64,000 bases of DNA from a virus. The first letter of the stretch is position 1; every line of letters starts with the position of its first letter. Under the pieces are notes generated by a model, which saw nothing but the letters and a program-made list of their open reading frames with translations, was not told where the DNA came from and did no database searches. The stretch lies in IMG/VR virus record IMGVR_UViG_3300025789_000024, positions 32,001-96,000 of that record. The stretch is one strand, 5' to 3'. The translations under genes and the position numbers were made by a program. This document shows positions 59,273 through 64,000 of the stretch, piece by piece.

Positions 59273-61585
59273 TTGGATTTCAATTTACGTAGTTTGGCTG
59301 TAGACGAATTAAAGCCAAAAGAAAAACCAACCGAAGACATAGCAGACGCACGCCATCGTAGCATGATGGAAGCTATTGCTCCCTATGCCAAAACTGTAGT
59401 AGTAAATCAAAAGAATCTTACTCCTGTTTATGTAGATTACAAAACACGTAATACAAAACTAGTATTAGTATTGTGTCCCGAATGGAGTCCTTATATGCCT
59501 CCGTTTAGTCTTGCTAGATTGTCAGGAGTCGCTAAGTCATCAGGTTATGAAACACATATCATGGACTTGAATGTCAAAGCATATAATACATATCGTGATG
59601 ATTGGCAACCTAACAAGAAGTTACCATTTAGACTTTGGGATCCTGCAAGTTCATGGCACTGGTTAGGTGACACATACATGAATGACATTCATCCTGTACT
59701 AGAACCTATTCTTAGTGAAGCAGTAGATAAGATTATTGAAATGAACCCAAGTGTTGTTGGATTCAGTATCTATTACATTAGTGAAGAGCCTAGCAAATGG
59801 ATGTGCCAAGAAATTAAACGTAGAGCACCTCATATTAAGATTGCAGTTGGTGGGCCTAATGTACACAAGAGTTGGTTCAAGATTGAAGACTATTATGACT
59901 ATGTTATTGTTGGCGAAGGAGAACAAAATCTATTAGTCATGCTAGATGAAATTGAAGCAGGTGAAGATCATAGTGGTGCGGCACGTATATTAACACAGCC
60001 AGAAGATCAACGTATCAATATCAATGGCTTGCCTATGCCAGACTATGAGAGTATTGACTTTAGTTTGTATGAAGTGCCTAACGGCGTCAACAGCGAAATC
60101 AGTCGTGGCTGTACTGCTAAGTGCACATTCTGTGAGGAAACACATTTTTGGAAGTATCGTCAACGCCAAAGTGTTGACTTGATTGATGAAGTAGAATGGT
60201 TATACTACAACAAGGGCACTGATATCATTTGGTTTATTGATAGTCTTATCAATGGTAATATTAAAGAACTACGTGCGTTTGCATTGGGACTTAAAGCCAA
60301 AGACTTGAAAGTACGTTGGACTGGTTATGCACGTTGTGATGGTCGCATGACATTAGAATACTTGCAAGACTTAGCAGACGGTGGTTGCATTATGTTTAAC
60401 TTTGGTTGTGAATCAGGATCACAAAAGGTGTTAGACGATATGCACAAGGGTGTGACCATTCAAGAAATGGAACAAAACTTTATTGACTGCAAGAAAGTAG
60501 GCATTTGGGCTGCAACTAATTGGATCGTTGGATTCCCCACTGAAGAGTACCAAGACTATAGCGATACAATGACATTCATGTGGCGTATGCGTAACAACAA
60601 TATCAATAACATGGGTCTTGGTGTAGGATATGGCTTAGGTCCCGAAACTATTGTAGGACAGAATCCACATGCATACAATGTGTCTTGGCACAAATATCAA
60701 GGTCATTGGATCAGTAATGATTTGCGTATGGGTGGCACACATGTTATGACACGTGTTAAGTGTATTCACATTTGGCTAGATATGTTTAATGGGGTCACTG
60801 AAGTTCCTGTGACATATCCTGTACGTCATGCACTTGCTCAACGTCATTATACAATCAAATTAAACAATCCTGCAAAACAAAAAGAAATGCACTATGAAGA
60901 ATTTGATTATAACATCATTCCAGAAGTAGATCCTAACAATCCTTTTGCTAATTCACTAGTAAATGAAATGTGGCCTTTCTTTAGAAATCTATGGCGCGCC
61001 CGTGGTGGTTATGAAGCAGAGATATTGTTTCACCCTGAACTAGATATCAAAGAGTTTGGTCAACAGTTTGGTCCCGAAATGTATTATGCAAAATACAAGT
61101 TCAAAATTAGTGATGAAGGAGTTTGGGAAGCAGACTTTGACATTAAGTTTGAACAAATTGATAATCCTTGGGATGATCGTGAACCTCCACCGAAGGGTCG
61201 TAAGGGTCCTTTCTACGCACAAGATTATTCACGCTTGCAAAGTAATACAGTTAAACGAGCAAGAAAGTTAGCGAAAGCAACTTGGAGTGAAGAAGAAGGC
61301 CGCAGTGGACAAGACTTTACTGACTTGTTAAATGAAGAAGAAGTTCTTAACAAAACAATTGATTTTAGTTTTGAATTGAAATGGCAAGGCACAGGTGATT
61401 GGAGTAATTACCTAGACTATGTAGTCACACTAGAAGAAAAAGAAAAGAAACGTGATAACAGCAAAGACTTGTCTATGCCTGAAAAAGAAACTGATGAAGG
61501 ACAAACAATTAAATCAGTTGTTCCGGCTGCTACAAACATTTCTTTAGATAGTATTAAACGAAGACCTAAACACTTGCTGCCATGA
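59273..61585 (+). CDS. Cobalamin-binding (class B) radical SAM protein
   Basis: PPFSLARL, VVGFSIY, IAVGGP, VGEGE, SRGCTAKCTFC, GCESGSQKVL..M.KG, WIVGFPTE. Confidence 0.85.
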   Translation: MDFNLRSLAVDELKPKEKPTEDIADARHRSMMEAIAPYAKTVVVNQKNLTPVYVDYKTRNTKLVLVLCPEWSPYMPPFSLARLSGVAKSSGYETHIMDLNVKAYNTYRDDWQPNKKLPFRLWDPASSWHWLGDTYMNDIHPVLEPILSEAVDKIIEMNPSVVGFSIYYISEEPSKWMCQEIKRRAPHIKIAVGGPNVHKSWFKIEDYYDYVIVGEGEQNLLVMLDEIEAGEDHSGAARILTQPEDQRININGLPMPDYESIDFSLYEVPNGVNSEISRGCTAKCTFCEETHFWKYRQRQSVDLIDEVEWLYYNKGTDIIWFIDSLINGNIKELRAFALGLKAKDLKVRWTGYARCDGRMTLEYLQDLADGGCIMFNFGCESGSQKVLDDMHKGVTIQEMEQNFIDCKKVGIWAATNWIVGFPTEEYQDYSDTMTFMWRMRNNNINNMGLGVGYGLGPETIVGQNPHAYNVSWHKYQGHWISNDLRMGGTHVMTRVKCIHIWLDMFNGVTEVPVTYPVRHALAQRHYTIKLNNPAKQKEMHYEEFDYNIIPEVDPNNPFANSLVNEMWPFFRNLWRARGGYEAEILFHPELDIKEFGQQFGPEMYYAKYKFKISDEGVWEADFDIKFEQIDNPWDDREPPPKGRKGPFYAQDYSRLQSNTVKRARKLAKATWSEEEGRSGQDFTDLLNEEEVLNKTIDFSFELKWQGTGDWSNYLDYVVTLEEKEKKRDNSKDLSMPEKETDEGQTIKSVVPAATNISLDSIKRRPKHLLP

Positions 61586-62160
61586 TAGAACAATTTGAAA
61601 AACAAATTGCTCAATTTTACAATGCACCCTATGCTATAGCAGTTGATTGCTGTACACATGCAATTGAATTGTGTTTGCGTTTAACAAAGCCGTTATCTGT
61701 TACTTGCCCTAATCATACTTATCCTAGTATTCCTATGACTTTTGAAAAGCTAGGGCTTGCATGGACGTTCCTTGACACATATTGGAAAGATTATTATTAT
61801 ATAGGTAACACTAATATCATTGACGCCGCAGTCTATTGGAAACAAGACAGTTATATTCCAAATACAAAGATGTGTTTGAGTTTTCAACATAAAAAGCATT
61901 TGAATGTTGGTCGAGGTGGTATGATATTACTTGATAACCATGAAGACTATCAAATATTAAAGAAAATGCGATATGATGGTAGACTAGACAATGTGCCTTG
62001 GAAAGAACAAAACATAGACATATTTGGATATCATTACTACATGACTATAGAAACAGCAGAATTGGGACTACAACGATTTGAAACTGCTAAAATTACACAA
62101 CCTAAACAATGGTCTTGGAAAGATTATCCAAACTTAGCTAACATGAAAGTTTTCCAATAG
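61582..62160 (+). CDS. Minimal DegT/DnrJ/EryC1/StrS-family PLP-dependent aminotransferase-like protein
   Basis: FEKQIAQF...AIAVDCCTHAIEL, IIDAA, SFQHKKHLNVGRGG (PLP Lys), GYHYYM; only 192 aa. Confidence 0.75.
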   Translation: MIEQFEKQIAQFYNAPYAIAVDCCTHAIELCLRLTKPLSVTCPNHTYPSIPMTFEKLGLAWTFLDTYWKDYYYIGNTNIIDAAVYWKQDSYIPNTKMCLSFQHKKHLNVGRGGMILLDNHEDYQILKKMRYDGRLDNVPWKEQNIDIFGYHYYMTIETAELGLQRFETAKITQPKQWSWKDYPNLANMKVFQ

Positions 62161-62170
62161 TTCCCTTATA

Positions 62171-62178
62171 GTTAAATA
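62171..62178 (+). promoter_or_regulatory. Late promoter box GTTAAATA
   Basis: 5 nt upstream of the ATG at 62184. Confidence 0.55.
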
Positions 62179-62183
62179 ATACT

Positions 62184-63908
62184 ATGAGTAATAGTGACAT
62201 ACAATTTGGTCATTTGGATATCTGTTGGAACGATGATTACAAAAGATTCCCTTATGTTCGCCAAAACCTTGCTGAAGAAGAAGTCAATAAGTGGAAAGCC
62301 AATGGGTATGACCATGTAAAAAGTTTTACTGGGATGCTATATGACAGCACCAATACTATGCCAGATTGGGTCAATCATATACGAGATGCATTTGGCTTGT
62401 ATAAACAAACTCACACTATCTATAAAATGCAAACGTTGGAAATTATGCCAACTCATGTAGATTATTTTAAACGATATGCAGAATTAAAAAAGGTAGATGT
62501 TAAAGATGTTTGGCGTGTGGTTATGATGCTAGAAGATTGGAAGCCAGGTCATTATTTTGAATTGAATGGTGTGGGCTATACTAATTGGAAGGCAGGAGAT
62601 TGGTTTAAATGGCGTTATGATGTTCCTCACGCAGCAGCAAACATTGGTATAGAAGATAGATATACACTACAAGTAACAGGCGTGTCTATGCACGTAGGAC
62701 AATTAAACAAGTTGCTTTGTTTTAATGTACCTGGTGTAGAAGATGCAGACAATTCACATCCTAATGTAAGACATTTAATATTACCAAACATTGACGAGAA
62801 TAAACCGTCAATGGTTTACACTAACAATAGTTTTATACGTGAATTAGATAGTATCAATCATACTAATCAATCTGAGATTGAGTTACTAAACGAAAAAGGA
62901 TTAGACATTTATTTGTACGAACCTATTTGTAGTTATGATTGTACCAATCCAGTACACACTCAAGAATTTTATTCAGAGTTTAGTAACATTGATCCAATGA
63001 GTTTACGAGCAGAAGAGTTAGACAGTATCAATGACTATGCAAAACGTAATGGGATAACTAACATTACTGTACATTCGTGTGACTATAACATTGATAAGTT
63101 TTATCCTGCATATAATTTTAAACTAACATGCAATGATATCTTTTTAAAAAGTCAAACAAACATTCTTAATTTAGACGAGACAATTAACTTTGACTTCACC
63201 AAGAAATTCATTTGTTTGAATTGGAGATTTACTAAGCATCGTCAATTGGTGTCAACCTTCTTAGCAGGCAAAGATGGTTATTTAAGTTGCTATTTCAAAA
63301 CTGATTTTGAAACATTGAAAAAAGGATTGTTCTTTAATTTAGATGATTGGAAAAATTCTGGGTTGTATGATAAAATGCAAATAGGTGCAGAGATACTTAA
63401 TACTCAAGGCCCCTTTTATGTTGATAAGAAGCCTACTGATATAGTAACTATTACTGATACTAGCAAACCTGATCTTACATGGCCTTTAGTTAGTGAAATT
63501 AAACCTAGTGAAACCCCATCACTACATAATTTCTCAAACAATCCATTGCAAGAATTTTACAGAGATATCTTTTTTGACATTGTTAATGAAACAAGATTTG
63601 CACAACCTACAGGAAATTTCAGTGAGAAAGTATTTCAAAACTTTCAATATAAAAAGCCTTTTGTGTTAGTCGCACCACCTAAGACATTAGAATATATTAA
63701 GTCATTTGGTTACAAGTCATTTAATGATTTTTGGGATGAGAGTTATGACGATGAATGGGACCATGGTGTCCGCTTAGAAAAAATATTAAATGTGATAGAC
63801 AGTATACTAATGAAACCAATTGAAGAATTACGTGAGATTTATAAAGACATGCTTCCTATACTAGAACATAACTTTCAAATCTACAACCAACGAGCAGGAA
63901 TAAAATAA
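62184..63908 (+). CDS. Fusion of an N-terminal Fe(II)/2OG oxygenase-like (cupin) domain and a C-terminal GT10-like domain
   Basis: MPTHVD...PHAAANIG...RYTLQVTG (HxD...H...R), then DIVNET...FSEK...KKPF...GYKSF..FWDESYD. Confidence 0.6.
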   Translation: MSNSDIQFGHLDICWNDDYKRFPYVRQNLAEEEVNKWKANGYDHVKSFTGMLYDSTNTMPDWVNHIRDAFGLYKQTHTIYKMQTLEIMPTHVDYFKRYAELKKVDVKDVWRVVMMLEDWKPGHYFELNGVGYTNWKAGDWFKWRYDVPHAAANIGIEDRYTLQVTGVSMHVGQLNKLLCFNVPGVEDADNSHPNVRHLILPNIDENKPSMVYTNNSFIRELDSINHTNQSEIELLNEKGLDIYLYEPICSYDCTNPVHTQEFYSEFSNIDPMSLRAEELDSINDYAKRNGITNITVHSCDYNIDKFYPAYNFKLTCNDIFLKSQTNILNLDETINFDFTKKFICLNWRFTKHRQLVSTFLAGKDGYLSCYFKTDFETLKKGLFFNLDDWKNSGLYDKMQIGAEILNTQGPFYVDKKPTDIVTITDTSKPDLTWPLVSEIKPSETPSLHNFSNNPLQEFYRDIFFDIVNETRFAQPTGNFSEKVFQNFQYKKPFVLVAPPKTLEYIKSFGYKSFNDFWDESYDDEWDHGVRLEKILNVIDSILMKPIEELREIYKDMLPILEHNFQIYNQRAGIK

Positions 63909-64000
63909 TGGAAAAGATAATGTTAATTGCCGGGTGTAGTCATGCTGCCGGATCAGAAATAGACGGACAAGAAGACAGTGTTTACAACCGACAACATAGT
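63908..64000 (+). CDS. SGNH-like protein, 3'-truncated by the window edge
   Basis: MEKIMLIAGCSHAAGSEIDG..., TAATG-coupled to the previous gene. Confidence 0.6.
   Translation, partial: MEKIMLIAGCSHAAGSEIDGQEDSVYNRQHS

Noticed and set aside
1487-61659. Numerous short antisense or alternate-frame ORFs in the track (for example 1916-2179, 6877-7164, 13278-13679, 36624-36938, 39532-39951, 47590-47961)
   Set aside because: They are shadows of long genes with biased codon use and show no independent motifs or translation signals.
41859-63908. DNA hypermodification (anti-restriction) as the role of the cluster
   Set aside because: Disfavoured rather than excluded: no nucleotide kinase, thymidylate-synthase-like or Que-pathway genes here, and the cluster is linked to tail genes and late promoters instead of replication genes.
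1-64000. Stop-codon reassignment as seen in some large phages
   Set aside because: Genes are full length and tightly packed in the standard code, and TAA, TGA and TAG all act as stops.
41859-64000. Host LPS/capsule locus, implying a prophage boundary
   Set aside because: No flippase, polymerase, chain-length or other membrane proteins, and the composition and phage late boxes continue unbroken from the tail genes.
1-64000. CRISPR arrays, tRNA genes, rRNA, IS elements, inteins
   Set aside because: None seen by eye; intergenic gaps other than 721-1175 are too short, and no transposase or intein motifs were found.

Overview
A 64-kb segment of an AT-rich, T4-like large (probably jumbo) myophage genome in the standard genetic code. 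From left to right it holds: (i) the tail of an SGNH-like gene; (ii) a ~450-bp non-coding, hairpin-dense interval that may be a structured RNA or an origin; (iii) a minus-strand module of Holliday-junction resolvase, gp46/gp47 recombination nuclease and gp55-like late sigma factor, with host sigma70-type promoters; (iv) a plus-strand baseplate/tail module (tube initiator-like, gp53-, hub-, gp5-, gp25- and gp6-like genes, a 6582-aa modular wedge/adhesin protein and fibre proteins); (v) a >22-kb modification cluster running straight on from the tail genes. The cluster encodes 3 GT-A glycosyltransferases, 3 GT10-like proteins, 7 radical SAM enzymes (4 with an N-terminal twitch domain, 1 with a C-terminal twitch/SPASM domain, 2 cobalamin-dependent), a GDP-mannose 3,5-epimerase-like enzyme, an NDP-sugar dehydrogenase, a minimal DegT aminotransferase, an Fe-oxygenase fusion and SGNH-like proteins. 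T4-type late promoter boxes (TAAATA) recur through both the structural genes and this cluster, often 5 nt before an ATG. My best hypothesis is a late-expressed, phage-encoded system that builds an unusual radical-SAM-tailored glycan on the virion. All assignments come from motifs read by eye; no database searches were run.
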